Below, one piece after another: positions 1 to 11,789 of a stretch of DNA of 51,949 nucleotides. The stretch comes from Vicugna vicugna (Eukaryota): assembly GCA_013265495.1 (NCBI GenBank), contig MU057801.1, positions 3,068,765-3,120,713 on the forward strand, read 5' to 3'. The notes below the pieces were generated by a model, which saw only the letters and a program-made list of their open reading frames with translations, was not told the origin of the DNA and made no database searches. How positions within the stretch are numbered: position 1 is the stretch's first letter; every line of letters begins with the position of its first letter. The translations under genes were made by a program, and so were the position numbers.

Positions 1-300
1 GGCTAATTGTGTACGGGCTATGTGATGGAATATTATCCCATGGTTGGAGGTAATCTTTAGGAAGAATTTACAATAGAGTAGTTAAATAGTTATATGTTAA
101 ATGAAAGAAACAGGATACAAAATTACATCAGGTATGATCTCAGATATGTAAATCAACAGGTGCTGAAGAAAAGGAAAAGCCCAAAATTGTAACAGTGGGA
201 AAAAATTTCTGTAACAGTGGATGTTTCTTTTCTACACTCCTCTCCATTTTGTAAGGTTTCTACAACGATTTTGTATCCTTTCAGAATCAAGAAAAATCCA
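1..300 (+). mobile_element. Old L1 (L1ME/L1MC-like) 3' end fragment
   Basis: Degenerate L1 3' motifs 'gatggaatattat', 'gttaaatgaaagaaacaggatacaaaattacat...tatgatc' and 'ttctacaacgattttgtatcctttcagaatcaagaaaa'. Confidence 0.5.
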
Positions 301-1054
301 CTGAGAAGGAAAACAAAACCCTAGACCCCCAAACCCATTAACGACACAGGAATTTACTAGCAGACTCTTAGGCGCCTCCTCACTCCCCCACAAGTTTCCC
401 TGACCCTGATTCCTTCCAAAATTCACCTCCCAACAAAATCTTCCCAAGCCTTTGCCCCCCCACCCCAACCTTACTGCCTCATACATGGTGTTCCCCCAAA
501 TTCATTCTCCTTCATCCTGAGTTCCCTAAACCTCACGCTGAGCTCAGAACTCCTCAAGCCTCGCTGCCCCTCTCTGCCGGCGGGACAGCCCTGGAGGCAA
601 GCCCGGGGAACGGCCGCAACTCAGCCCCGGCTTGGCCGGAGCAGGGCAGGCAGTGTGGGAGAGGAGGGTCCGTCTCTCCTCCCGAAATTCTCAGAAGGGC
701 TCATTCCCCTAGCGACTGCTCTCCCTGGGCCTGGCCGCTGCTGGTTGCTGCCTTGAAGCGGGCGACTCAACGTGACAGGCTTCCTACGCGCACCGGCAGC
801 TCCCAGTCACGGCTCGCTCCTGGGCTCCGCGCCCCCCGCCGAGCCCCGCCCCCGGCTTCCCGGCGCGACGGCGCGTCTGCGTGCGCGCGGCGCAGGCGGG
901 GCTTCCCGCCCCGGCGCACGGACGCGGCTCCCCCGACCGCCCGAGCGCCCGCGTGGCGGGCGGGCGCCTGCGCTCCGAGCCGGCCCCGGACGCGGCCCCG
1001 GGTCCGAACGGGCGGTCCCCGCTCTGGCGCAGCCTCCGCTGAGCTTCAGCTCAC

Positions 1055-1072
1055 CGAGCCTTTGTCCGCCAT
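1055..1072 (-). CDS. Candidate first coding exon (MADKGS) of an unidentified minus-strand gene running out of the left edge
   Basis: Minus strand reads gtggccATGGCGGACAAAGGCTCG|GTGAGC: strong Kozak context and a canonical donor at 1054-1049, inside the CpG island. Product not recognised. Confidence 0.4.
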
Positions 1073-1231
1073 GGCCACAGCCGCGGCTCGGATGCCGCAG
1101 CTGCACGGCTTCCTAGTCCCTCCACGGCCGCGCCGGCCTAAGGGCGCTCCGTCGAACGGCGCCCCGTCTAACGGCCGCCCCGGCAGCCGCGCCGCGCACC
1201 GCACTTCCGGGTTGCTGGCCCCACCCACAGC

Positions 1232-1260
1232 CGTGCGTGCGTGCGTGCGTGCGTGCGTGC
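1232..1260 (+). repeat. (CGTG)n tetranucleotide microsatellite inside the CpG island
   Basis: About 7 perfect copies seen directly. Confidence 0.95.
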
Positions 1261-2042
1261 ATCGTCTCCATAGCGGCGGCGGACGCGGAGGGACGAGGCT
1301 CCTGGAGAAAGGAGGCCGACCTGGGGCGCCCGGTGTGCGCGCTCACCTGGCCCGGGGTCTCGGGCCGCCGAGCGGAGGGAGACAGGGCCTGGGGGCTACC
1401 TTGCTTCATCCCGCCTCGGCTGGGGCTCTTTGGGCCACTGGGACCTGTGCCATCGCCGTGCTTTGAAAAATTGCGTGGGTCTAATACTGACATTTTCTTT
1501 GTTTTTTTCTGTATGAACTGCAAAGACAAGTTTTTAGAAAACTGTATGCCTTAATACTGAAAGTATGAGATGAAAAGACTTCTTGCTTTTCCTAGTGGCA
1601 TAAAGTAACTTCAAATATTTTCTTTTCTTTTCTAGTCTTGGCATCCTTCTTCAGTATGGCATTCTCTATTTTTGGTTGAAACTTCTTTTATTTTCTAAAG
1701 CAGACATTGAAAATTACAGTTGATCTCTTTAAAGAGGCGATTTTCTGATAAAATGACAAGCTACTGCTTATTTGAAAGTATAGTCTGTTTTCACACATTT
1801 AATAAGTATACAAAAATATGGCACTGGTGTTACATTTAGGGTTAGCTTTCCCTTTATGATGCAGTAGCTAATATATGGATGATGTCTGAGTTGGATTATG
1901 TAGTTTGAAACAGACTTTTTTTTTTAAACCTTCAGTAGACATTTTTAAACACTTCACACTTGAATTGGTTTAAACCTAACAAAAAGATTATTTTAAAAAT
2001 TTTATATACTATACCTATATGTATATATATTTCCTTTTTTAG

Positions 2043-2136
2043 AAAAAGAGCAAATGGGGACCTAATAGGCCGTATGATCAAAGTTTAAGTGATTCTTCCT
2101 CTCACTCTCAGGATAAACGTCATGAGAAAGAAAAAA
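2043..2136 (+). other. Canonical 94-nt internal exon of an unidentified + strand transcript (open frame KKSKWGPNRPYDQSLSDSSSHSQDKRHEKEK)
   Basis: Pyrimidine tract 'tttcctttttt' plus AG at 2041-2042 and donor AAA|GTAAGT at 2137. One of three frames is open; alternatively it is a 5'-UTR exon ending ATG AGA AAG AAA AAA (MRKKK). Confidence 0.6.
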
Positions 2137-5100
2137 GTAAGTGGATTTGTTGTTGCTAAATATGTAGCACATCTGCTTAATAGATTTTTTTCCTTTTTCA
2201 TATAAAATTAACTTCTTGATAGCTGAATGGAAATATTGAAATACTGAAAAAATTTTGACTAATACAGAGTATTAAGTCAAAGAGTAGGTTTAAAATAATA
2301 TGCCGTATTTGTGAATATGGTTTGTATCTGTTTCATCTGAAAATCTGAAATATTGAAAATTTGACGATGCGTGAGAGGGATTTCCTGCATGTGTTACTCT
2401 GGTCATCTTTTGAAATCTTCAGGTGATGTTAGCAATAATTGTTGCTATATATTATTAACTGATTATTTCACATGTAGATAAAAATCTCATCAGCTTTTTT
2501 CCTTTATAATATAGAACACTTTTGAAGTTCTATATATTCTTGACTTCCCCTCCAGTGATGCTAATGCTAATGGTTTATTATTTTTTAATGACTAAATGTC
2601 ATGCCATTTGTTTGAGAGTATTTCATCTTTTAATTAAAACACTAAAAGCTTGCCTAGTACTAATCTGTCTTCTTCTGATCTGTTTTCTGCTTACACTTTT
2701 ACTTACTGTAAAGAATATGAGTAATTTTTAGTAAACTAATGATAAGTATTGTAGAATCAATCATTCATAGGACATATTGCTCACACAGGAAAAGGACACC
2801 ACTATGAATTGTTTTTAACGAAGTGAAGATACAAAGGACATCTTCAATTAGGAAAGAACATTACTCTTAAACAGTTGGTATAAACTAGTTTGGAAAATAT
2901 TTCCACAGATTGTGTTAAAAACTAAATCATGTAATATTTTCATGTTTGTAAATACTTAGGATTTGGGAGAGTGACTGAAATGCTAATTTTATTTAAAAAC
3001 AAATTTGAATTTGGTTTGAATTTCTTCTTTCAAAGTAAGCATTTAAAAAACTTAATTTTTTTATTTTGAGATTAATTTTCCAACTGTGAGTGAAATAATA
3101 ATTACAACTTTACATTCTGCTTTAGAACATTTATTAGGTTTATGTATTTTTTTGGTGCATCTTGGGCAGCAAGTGCACATATTCATTTTGATTTCTTTAA
3201 CCTGGTGGTTTCGTGGTAGTGAAAATAGAAGGGTTCTGTCTTGCTGTTTGTTGTTTGGGTTGCTGATGGAAAAGTGGTAGATTTGGTTTAATAAGCAATT
3301 TTTGTAACAACCATTGTGAAATTTTATTTAAGCTCTTTTATCCATGAACAAGAAGTTCTTACATAGGGCTTATTATAAATTATGAAGAGGGGAGTCATAC
3401 CAGTTATGTTCTTATGTTCTGCCATTTCATGAGCATTATCTTGCTTAAAGACTTATTCACTGTATGACCATGTTTATCTTAATATATGCCCTCTGTGTTA
3501 TTTTTAAAGGACAATTATTAAATGTAATACATCGTTTAATAAATACATCACTGATGACTATATTTCGTAATTTTTTTTCTCTGGGAGTGAAAGTTTTCAT
3601 TTTATGAGTTTTTGCAGTTGTGAATGCTGGATTAAAAACGTTAGTCAAACTTGTTTAAGTTGGTATTTTTGTTAATATGTAAATACTATTTGAATTTTAC
3701 TTTTAACACATGTAATTTTAGTACAACTTGATTTTGTGCATTCTATTTTTTAATACCTAAGATTTTTTGATAATCCATACAGGCTGTGAGATATGCTATA
3801 AATTTATTATTGTTGTTAGACTTATTTGCTTGCCTTGGGAATATTTGGGAAGGGACTTTTTTTTTATACTATAGTATAATGTTAAGTGATAATATCGCTG
3901 TAAAGATTGGGTGTTATAGAGTGTCTTTCTCTCCATCCTTCCTTACCTCTTTTAAAACTTTAACATCCACTACAGTTGTCTTGGAAAACAAATTTTATAT
4001 ATATATGTATGTGTATATATATATGAATCATGGTATAAAATGTATTGACGGTAGTACTCATAGTCTGTCTGTGCTTTAACATTTTAAGATACTACATGAT
4101 ATGAACTAAGTTTTGGTGATGCTGTTTATAAGACATCGTTGAATCACTCTCCCTCTGAGTTCTTTCATTTGCATTCATTCTCACACATATTTTAAAATAT
4201 CACTTATTAAGTTATAAGTAAGTGGTGATACAGAATATTTAATATGAAATATTGTGTTTTCCAAATCACTTACTTAAAAAAGAAACCAACAGTTCATGAG
4301 TTAACTTTTCATATAATTATAAGAAAATTAATTTCTTTGAAAAAAGCCTTTGCTTTTCAGGAATTTCTGTGTGGCCCAAGATACGTTACTACTTGTTGAA
4401 TATTAACTGTTAAATGCCAGCAAGGGGAGGGGAAATGTTAGTGGTGAGATAGCACTCTGAAGAAAGGACAGTTTCTATAAAAGCTTAGAAAATGGTAAAA
4501 GAATCCAAGTACATGTTTGGAATAATGGAGGCTCTCCATAGTACAGGCAGAGTTTAATTCAATCACAAAACAATTTGGATCGGGAAGTATTGTTTAAGAA
4601 GAGTATCTTCTGAGACTATTGATGTTAGCTACTGTTCATTGTGAAATAGAGTTTCCTTTTAAGCGTAGTGTGTTTATATTTACAGAAGCACTGCCTCAGA
4701 GTGACGGGTGGGCACGAGCCAGGACAGGAGAGGTACGGCAGGCTTGGAGATGTGCGGCTGTATAGTGAGGCTCCCGGCTGCAGAAAGGATTTTTTCCTAA
4801 AGGCTAAGTTGGAGCTTATTATTCAGAAATCAGTGGTAATTTATTGCCTTGAGATAATCTGTGCCAGTTCATTTGAGCCTCACACGGTCCCCTTCCCGCG
4901 CATCATTGCTCACTAACTTAGAATGTATCCATAGCATCGTACTAGACTTATGGTACTTTACATCCGTATCGCTGTTAGTGACAGTGTGTTAGATGGAAAT
5001 ACACTCAGATCCAAGTAGATACGACCCCTATGTCCCCTACTACAGCTAGAGGAATTTGTCGTCCACCCTGCCCTCCACCCCATGCTTGCCTTTGGTTCCA

Positions 5101-5639
5101 TTCTATTCTTAATAGCTGGCAGCAGATACAGGAACTTACTGGCAGTATAAGCACTGTTAGGGTGCTGTGGGGGTTGGGGGTGAGAGAGGCTTTGAGACTA
5201 GTGCTTTGTGAACCTCAGGGATAAACCAGACTTCCCTTTTGGTTAGGACTGCTCATCTGTTTGAAGAGAACCGGGTTACTTCTGTGGCCCTTAGAGGTGT
5301 AAAACTCTTCATCACGGAGTTGTCATTATTTCTCTGCATTTTTAAAAAAAGTTCTCAGCATTGAGAGTTAGGTGACATCCCCTTCCCTTTATTGTGTGTG
5401 CTTCCCTTTGGAGATCTTCCACTCAGGTTAAAGCTTTAAGCTTCTGCATGTGCAAAGAGTTAAGAGAGGGCAGGGAACAGTAATTTAGATTGTCTGGAGT
5501 ATGTGTTAGGTGGGGCTGAAGAGTGACGGGATGAGAGTGTTCAGTTAAGAAGGGGCCATGAGGAGTTTGGTGAGTAATGCTAGTTTCATCCTTCACCTTG
5601 GGTTATTGGGCAGCTGGCCAGAAGGATTAACATCTTTTT

Positions 5640-6130
5640 TTTTCTTTTTAACTTCTGATTTTGCAGTAATTGTAGACTTTGAGAAAAGTTGCAGAAATAC
5701 TATACATTATTTCTTTGCATCTTTCACCTGGACCCCCAGGTTGTAAGCATTTCATCACATTAGCTTTATCATGTCCTCCCTCCCTCCTTCTTCTCACTTT
5801 CTGTGTAAAATCTGTTTTCCTGAATTCTGGATAGTTAATTACAACTGTAGTGCCCCCTTAGTCTGAGTACTTCAGTGTGCAGTTTTAATCCTACATGATT
5901 TCAGTGTGGTTACAAGAATCAGTAGATTTATGCTGTTGCAGAACTGTTAGCTATTCTACAGATCCTATGCAGATTCACCTGCTAATGTCCTCCATTCCAA
6001 AGGAAGGAAACTTTTTTCTGGTCCAGAATCCAATTCAGGATCACACACTGCGTTCATTTGTCCTGTTGTTTAGTTTCTCCCAGTCTGTAATGTTTTCTCC
6101 TCTGTCTTTCTTGACCCTGATGTTTCTGAA
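5640..6130 (-). mobile_element. Old L1 (L1MC/MD-like) 3' UTR fragment
   Basis: T-run, then 'taattgtagactttgagaaaagttgcaga...' and 'ggtccagaatccaattcaggatcacaca', typical of antisense L1M 3' ends. Confidence 0.6.
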
Positions 6131-6769
6131 GCCCTCGTTTCAGGTTCTCAGAGGCAGACTAGATCTTAACACTGGATTTTACAGCCACACCCCGCTTTGC
6201 TCTCATACAGTGATCTTCTGGTAGTGGCTTAAATTTTTTGTTTGTCTGGAAGCTGTTCCATACTTGAGCATTGTTTCTGTCTGGAGAGACTGGCAGTGTT
6301 CAAAAGCAGCAAGTCTTTGTTCCTTTTCATCAATGGCCTTTCTAATTTAGTTTATCTCTATACTGCTTTTTACTATAAATAGCAAAAAGTCAGACTGCAC
6401 TTTAAATATATTATTTAGAAAGTCTCTGTATTTAAATCATACAATTCATTAAGTACATTTTCTATTTTCTATGTTACCACAGACAACAATTTTGCTAAAC
6501 TTTGTTATTACATAACAAGAACCCCTGTTCTCTAACTTTCAGTTACTTTTTTTTTGGTTATTTCCCATCCCCCCCTTTTAAGCCCTCCTTAGGAGCCTCC
6601 TGGAAGGCCATACGTTTTAGGAACAGCCTCTTCTGTGCTCTTTAGGTGTTCACGCATCATCTCCTGAAAGTCCTTTCAGCTTCTGCCCTCTGTCTAATTC
6701 CAAGCAACTCCCACACTTAGGTTTTTTGTTGTGGTAGCATCCCATGCCTTGTAACAAAACTGAGCATCG

Positions 6770-7160
6770 GCTACCTGTTGCAGCATAACACATTACCCTG
6801 AAAATTAGGGACTTAAGGCTGTAATTAATACTTATTTTCTCATGGCGTTTCTATGGGTCAGGAATTTAGACCCAGCTGGCTGTTTCTAGTTTAGAATCTG
6901 GTCAGATTGCAGGTTGATGTCAGGCCTGTAGTCATTTGAAGGCTTGACTAAGGCTGGTAGATATGCTTCCCGGATGGCTTATTCACACGGCTGGCCAGTT
7001 GGTGCTGGCGGAGTAAGAACCCCATTTTCTTGCTGCATAGAACTTCCCATAGAGCCACCTGAGTGTCCTTATGACATGGTATCTAGCTTTTTTCAGAGTA
7101 AGAGAGCAAGGTGGAAACTACAGTATTTTTTGTGAACTAGCCTCAGATGTCACATGTTGT
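6770..7160 (-). mobile_element. MaLR LTR (MLT1F/H-like)
   Basis: MLT1 motifs 'gttgcagcataacacattacc', 'ctatgggtcaggaattt', 'ttcacacggctggccagttggtgctgg', 'tgagtgtccttatgacatgg' and 'ctagcctcagatgtcac'. Confidence 0.7.
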
Positions 7161-7209
7161 CCCCGCCACCCCCCTCCACCCCCTCAAACACATAGTTGGG
7201 ATGCCCTTT

Positions 7210-7760
7210 TTTCTAAACTGTTTTTTGGTGCTAAATATATATATAAAATATCATTTGCCGCTTTAGCTACTTTTGAGGCACACCACCATTTTTGCATAAC
7301 TGGAACTCTGTAGCCATGAAGCAGTAACCCCCAGCCCCGCTCCAAGCCCCTGGCAGCCGCTGTCCTGCTACCTGCTCTTAGAAATTTGCCTGCTCAGCAT
7401 TCCCTGTGTAAATGGGCTGTAGTGTTGTGTACCTGCCACATTTGCTTATTCATTTATCTGTTGATGGACACTTGAGTTGCTTGTTCGTTCTGGCTATTGT
7501 GGATGAGGAATGCTGCTATGAACGTGGGTTGGGTATACAAATATCTCTTCAAGACCCTGCTTTCAGGTTTTTGGTTATATACCCAGAAGTGGAATTGCTG
7601 GATCACATGGTGATTCTGTGTTTAATTTTTTGAGGAACTACTATACTATTTTCCACAACAGCTGTAGCATTTTACATTTCCACCAACAAAGGTTCTACTT
7701 TCTCCACATCCTTACCAATGCTCACTTTCTGTTTTTGCTTTTCTCGGTGGTAGTCTTGTT
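7210..7760 (-). mobile_element. L1 3' end / ORF2 C-terminal fragment
   Basis: 'catttatctgttgatggacacttgagttg' and 'atacccagaagtggaattgctggatcacatggtgattctgtgtttaattttttgaggaac'. Confidence 0.85.
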
Positions 7761-7833
7761 CCTCGATTATGATAAGTCACTTGGTCTTTGGCTCTTTTGT
7801 TTATTTTTTTTTTCTTCTGAGTCTTGTCTCTTT

Positions 7834-7889
7834 CTTCCTTCCTTCCTTCCTTCCTTCCTTCCTTCCTTCCTTCCTTCCTTCCTTCCTTC
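7834..7889 (+). repeat. (TTCC)n microsatellite
   Basis: About 14 perfect copies; it explains the LPSF/EGRK repeat ORFs. Confidence 0.95.
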
Positions 7890-7928
7890 TTTTCTTTTCT
7901 TTTCTTTCTTTTCCATTCTTTTCTTTCG

Positions 7929-8420
7929 CAGTTTCAGGTTCACAACAGAATTGAGCAGAAAATGCAGAGAGTTCGCACATAGCCCTCCGTACCCACACAT
8001 ATATCCTCCCCTACCCTCAACATCCCTCATCAGTGCGACATATTTGGTACAATCGATGATCCAACATGGACACATTACTGTCAACCAAAGTCCACAGTTT
8101 ACATTAGGGTTCATTCTTGATGTACATTCTGTGGGTTTTGACAAATGCATAATGACATGTAGCCACCACTATGGTATCATACAGAATACTTTCATTGCCC
8201 TAAAAATCTCTTGCTCTCCACCTGTTCATTCCTCCCTCCCTGCGTCTCCACAAACGCCTGGAAACCATGATCTTTTTATAGTTTCTGTAGCTGTGCCTTT
8301 TCCAGAATGTCATTTGGTTGGAATCGTACAGTTTGTAGCCTTTTCAGATTGACTTCTTTCATTTAGTAATATGTCTTTTAAATTTCATCCATGTCTTTCA
8401 TGTCTTGATAGCTCTTTTTT
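7929..8420 (-). mobile_element. L1 3' UTR (L1MC1-like type)
   Basis: 'cagtttcaggttcacaacagaattgagcagaaaa...agtccacagtttacattagggttcattcttg...ttgcctttt/ccagaatgtcat'-type motifs; a closely related copy lies at 42.8-43.05 kb. Confidence 0.85.
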
Positions 8421-8547
8421 TTTGCCACTACACGTATATTTTAAGATTTACATATATGTACTGTCCATTGTTTCTAAGAATGTTTAGAACTTTAGGTTTT
8501 TAAACTTACATAGTTATCAAAGGAATAAAGCCAACCACAAAGTAAGA

Positions 8548-9056
8548 ATTAATTCAGAAAGATACACACACCCTGCTATTAACAGCAACATTATTTATAA
8601 TTGCCAAGATATGGAAGCATCCTAAGTGCACATGTACCAATATTTGAATAGATAATGGAGATGCAGCATGTACATATGTAATGGACTACAACTCACCCAT
8701 AAGAAAGAAGGATATTTAGCCATTTGTGGCCCTTCATTCACTTTTTTTTTCACTTTAAAAACCAGAATTTTATAACTGGCAGAGACATTTCCATTACATC
8801 AAAAACAACAAAATACCTGGAAGTAAACTTAACCAAAGAGGTTACCTATACTCTGAAAACCAAAATGACACAAAGAAATGGAAAGATTTCTTGTGCTTTG
8901 AATCAACACTATCAAAATGGCCACACTACCCAAAGCAACCCACAGATCCCACGCAACCCCCATCAAAACACTTGTGACATTCCTCGCAGAACTAGAACAG
9001 ACAATTCCAAAATGTATAAGGAACTACAAAAGACCCCGAACAGCCAAAGCGATCTT
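8548..9056 (+). mobile_element. Two sense L1 ORF2 fragments
   Basis: 'cagaaagatacacacaccc...attatttataattgccaagatatggaagca' and 'aaaatacctggaagtaaacttaaccaaagagg...aaaatggccacactacccaaagcaa'. Confidence 0.8.
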
Positions 9057-9124
9057 TTGAAGGTCTCTCTCTCTTTTTCTTTTTTCCTCTCTCTTTTTTT
9101 TGCTCTCTTTTATTATGGTTTCAT

Positions 9125-11030
9125 GACTAGAGAAAGTCCTCTAACATTTGTTGTAAAGCTGGTTTGGTGGTGCTGGAATCTTTTAGCTTTTGTTTATCTG
9201 TGAAGCTTTTGATTTCTCCGTCAAGTCTGAATGAGAGCCTTGCTGGACAGAGTGTTCTTGGTTGTAAGTTTCCCCCTTGCATCACTTTAAATATATCGTG
9301 CGCTCCCTTCTGGCCTGCAGAGTTTCTGCTGAGAAATCAGCTGGTAACCTTATGAGAGTTCCCTTGTATGTTATTCGTTGCTTTTCTCTTGCTAATTTTA
9401 ATATTTTCTCCTTATCCTTAATTTCTGTCAATTTGATGACCATGAGCCTTGGTGTGTTCCTCTTTGGGTTGATCCTGTGTGATAGTCTCTTTGCTTCTTA
9501 GACTTGGGTGACTGTTAACTTTCCCAAGTTGGGGAAGTTTTCAATTGTTATCTCTCTAAAAATTTTCTCAGGTCATTTCTCTCTCTCTTCTCTTTCTGGG
9601 ACCCCTATAATGTGAATATTAGTGCACTTCATGTTGTCCCAGAGTGCTCTTAAACTATTCTCATTCTTTATTATTGTATTGTTGATTTTTTTTTTGGCAG
9701 GGGGTGGAGGAGGTAATTATGTTCATTTATTTTTAGAGGAGGTGCTGGGGATTGAACCCAGAACCTCATGCATGCTAAGCATGTGCTCTACCACTTGAGC
9801 TATACCTTCCCCCGTCCTCATTTCTTTTCATTCTTGTTTCTTTTTTCTGTTCTGCAGCAGTGATTTCCACTGATCTGTCTTCTAGCTCACTGATCCATTC
9901 TTCTGCCTTATTTAGTCTATACTTGGTTCCTTCTAGTGTATTATTCATTTCATCAATTTTATTCTTCAACTCTGGTTATTATTTATATTTTCCAACTCTT
10001 TGCTAAAAACTTTGCTTTGTGCATCTATACGCCACGTGAGGTCTCTGAACATCTTTGCCATCATTACTTTAAACTCTTTCTCAGATAGGTTGTCTGTCTC
10101 CTCCTTACTTGTTTCTTCTTCTGAAAGTTTATCCTCTGCCTTGGCCTGGGATATTCCTTTGCTGCCTCATATTGTCTGTCTTTCTATGTATGTGTGAATT
10201 CCTTCCACAGGCTTTGGGATTGTTATTTTCTTATTTCTAGTATCTACCTCTGGTGGATGGGGCTGGACTAGAGGCTTATGCAGGTTTCCTGGCAGGAGGA
10301 GCCAGTGCCTGCCCACCGCTGGGTGAAGCTTGGTCCTGGACCTCTGGTGGGTAAGGCTGTGTCTAGAGGTCTTTGTGGCTCAGGAAGTCTGCTGTTGGGT
10401 ATGGCTAGGTCTTGATGCTACTGATCCAATCAAGATGTCAGTCTCCAGGAAAGCTCATGTAGATGAACACTCCTAGAATGTCCACCACCAGCTTTTATGT
10501 CCTCTGAGTGAGCCGCAGCCATCCTGCATGTCCCCAGGAGATCCTCCAAATCCAGCAGGCAGGCGTGGCCCAGGTTTCTATGAAATCACTGCCTCTGCCC
10601 TTGGACCTGACACACGTGAGTTTCTGTGTATGCGTCCCAAGCAAATGGAGTGTCTGTTTTCTCTGGTCCCATGGGGCTTCCATAGCCAAGCCGTGCTGGC
10701 CTTCAGAACAAGATGTCCTGGGGTCTCCTTCTCTCCCCAATTCTGGAACCCGGGCTGGGGAGCCTGATGTGGGGCTTAGGGCTCTCACTCCTGTGGGAGG
10801 GCCTCTGGAACATAACTGTTCTTCAGTGTGTGGGTCACCCTCTAGGGCCCAATTATATCATGAGCATGCCCCTTCTACCTTCCGGCTGTGGTTCCCTCTT
10901 TATGTTTCCAGTTGCAGAAGATCTTTTTGCTAGGTTCCAGTCTATTTTTCGATGGTTGTTTAGCATTCAGTTGTGGTTTTGTTGTAGTCACAAGGAGAGG
11001 CCAGCTCATGGTCCTACCACTCTGCCATCT
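9125..11030 (-). mobile_element. L1 5' UTR/ORF1 region, decayed and interrupted by a SINE
   Basis: ORF 9775-9969(-) MKNKIDEMNNTLEGTKYRLNKAEEWISELEDRSVEITAAEQKKETRMKRNED is ORF1p coiled-coil-like; 'tggcctgcagagtttctgctgagaaatcagctg' is antisense ORF1. Confidence 0.85.
9687..9813 (-). mobile_element. tRNA-derived SINE (camelid vic-1 type)
   Basis: Reverse complement reads GGGGAAGGTATAGCTCAAGTGGTAGAGCACATGCTTAGCATGCATGAGGTTCTGGGTTCAATCCCCAGCACCTCC with A/B boxes and an A-tail. Confidence 0.9.
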
Positions 11031-11789
11031 TGACTGGAAATCCCAAGACTCATTTTCCATCACACAATGCAAAGAGGGCCAGATGATGTTTGCTCATGCA
11101 GTCTGTTGTGTTGCAGTGGAGGGACCCTGAGTTTAGGGCTCCTGAATCTTTTGTCATGGACAGTAAGCAGGGCCACCTTTTGCTCCTAAAGTAGACATTC
11201 TGTCTTCTAAGTCTGATCATTATGCAAACAACCTTGAAAAGATAGTTTAGAACAATGGGCAAGTCATTGCCTCACTCATAAGACACACAGAAACAGTACA
11301 GACTCAGGTAGAATTATCTGTGACAATCCTCAAATTATGAGGATTAATACAGTGTTTATTTTTCATTCACAGCTAAGTCCAAAACAAATGTTCTTGATTG
11401 ACAGACAGCTCTCTTATAAGCCCTCAGCCTTCTATTCAGTGCTGCTTCTGTGGCTGCCGTGCTCACTTGCATTAATCTCTGGAAACAGAAGGAGCATGGA
11501 TACTACATACTTGGGGTTAAGGACCAGGCCAAGAGGTGACATACATCATTTTCATTCAGATTGCATATGACTTGAACCCAGTTAAATGCCACATCTAACT
11601 TCAAAGGAAACTGGCAAATGGCTAGATTTTTTTTTTTAAGTAAGAAAAAGAAATGGGTTTGGTGAGTAGCTTGCTGACCATCTTTACCTCTAGCCCATTG
11701 TTTTGGTTAAGCCATATATAGTTATAAAAAATTCAAATGAACCAGAGCATTTTAAAAAATGCAAGTTAGTTTTAAAATACCCACTCCAA

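Larger units (their letters stand above)
560..1465. promoter_or_regulatory. CpG-island promoter, probably bidirectional
   Basis: Very GC- and CpG-rich ~0.9-kb block in AT-rich flanks. It has GC boxes (CCCCGCCC), an ETS/GABP site ACTTCCGG at 1203-1210, MYB-like TAACGG at 1169-1174 and splice donors on both strands. Confidence 0.85.

Noticed and set aside
753..1554. Multiple long overlapping ORFs (up to 237 aa) in the CpG island
   Set aside because: Stop codons are rare in very GC-rich DNA; the peptides are low-complexity R/A/P/G with no recognisable domain.
4361..4732. Possible + strand exons after acceptors at ~4360 and ~4685
   Set aside because: Donors are weak or ambiguous and there is no convincing reading frame; unsupported without RNA data.
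7929..8120. Strong similarity to 42857-43048, suggesting a local duplication
   Set aside because: Both are 3' ends of the same L1 type and the similarity does not extend into the flanks.
7618..8352. 244-aa ORF with LPSF repeats and antisense EGRK-repeat ORFs
   Set aside because: Read-through of antisense L1 sequence and a (TTCC)n microsatellite.
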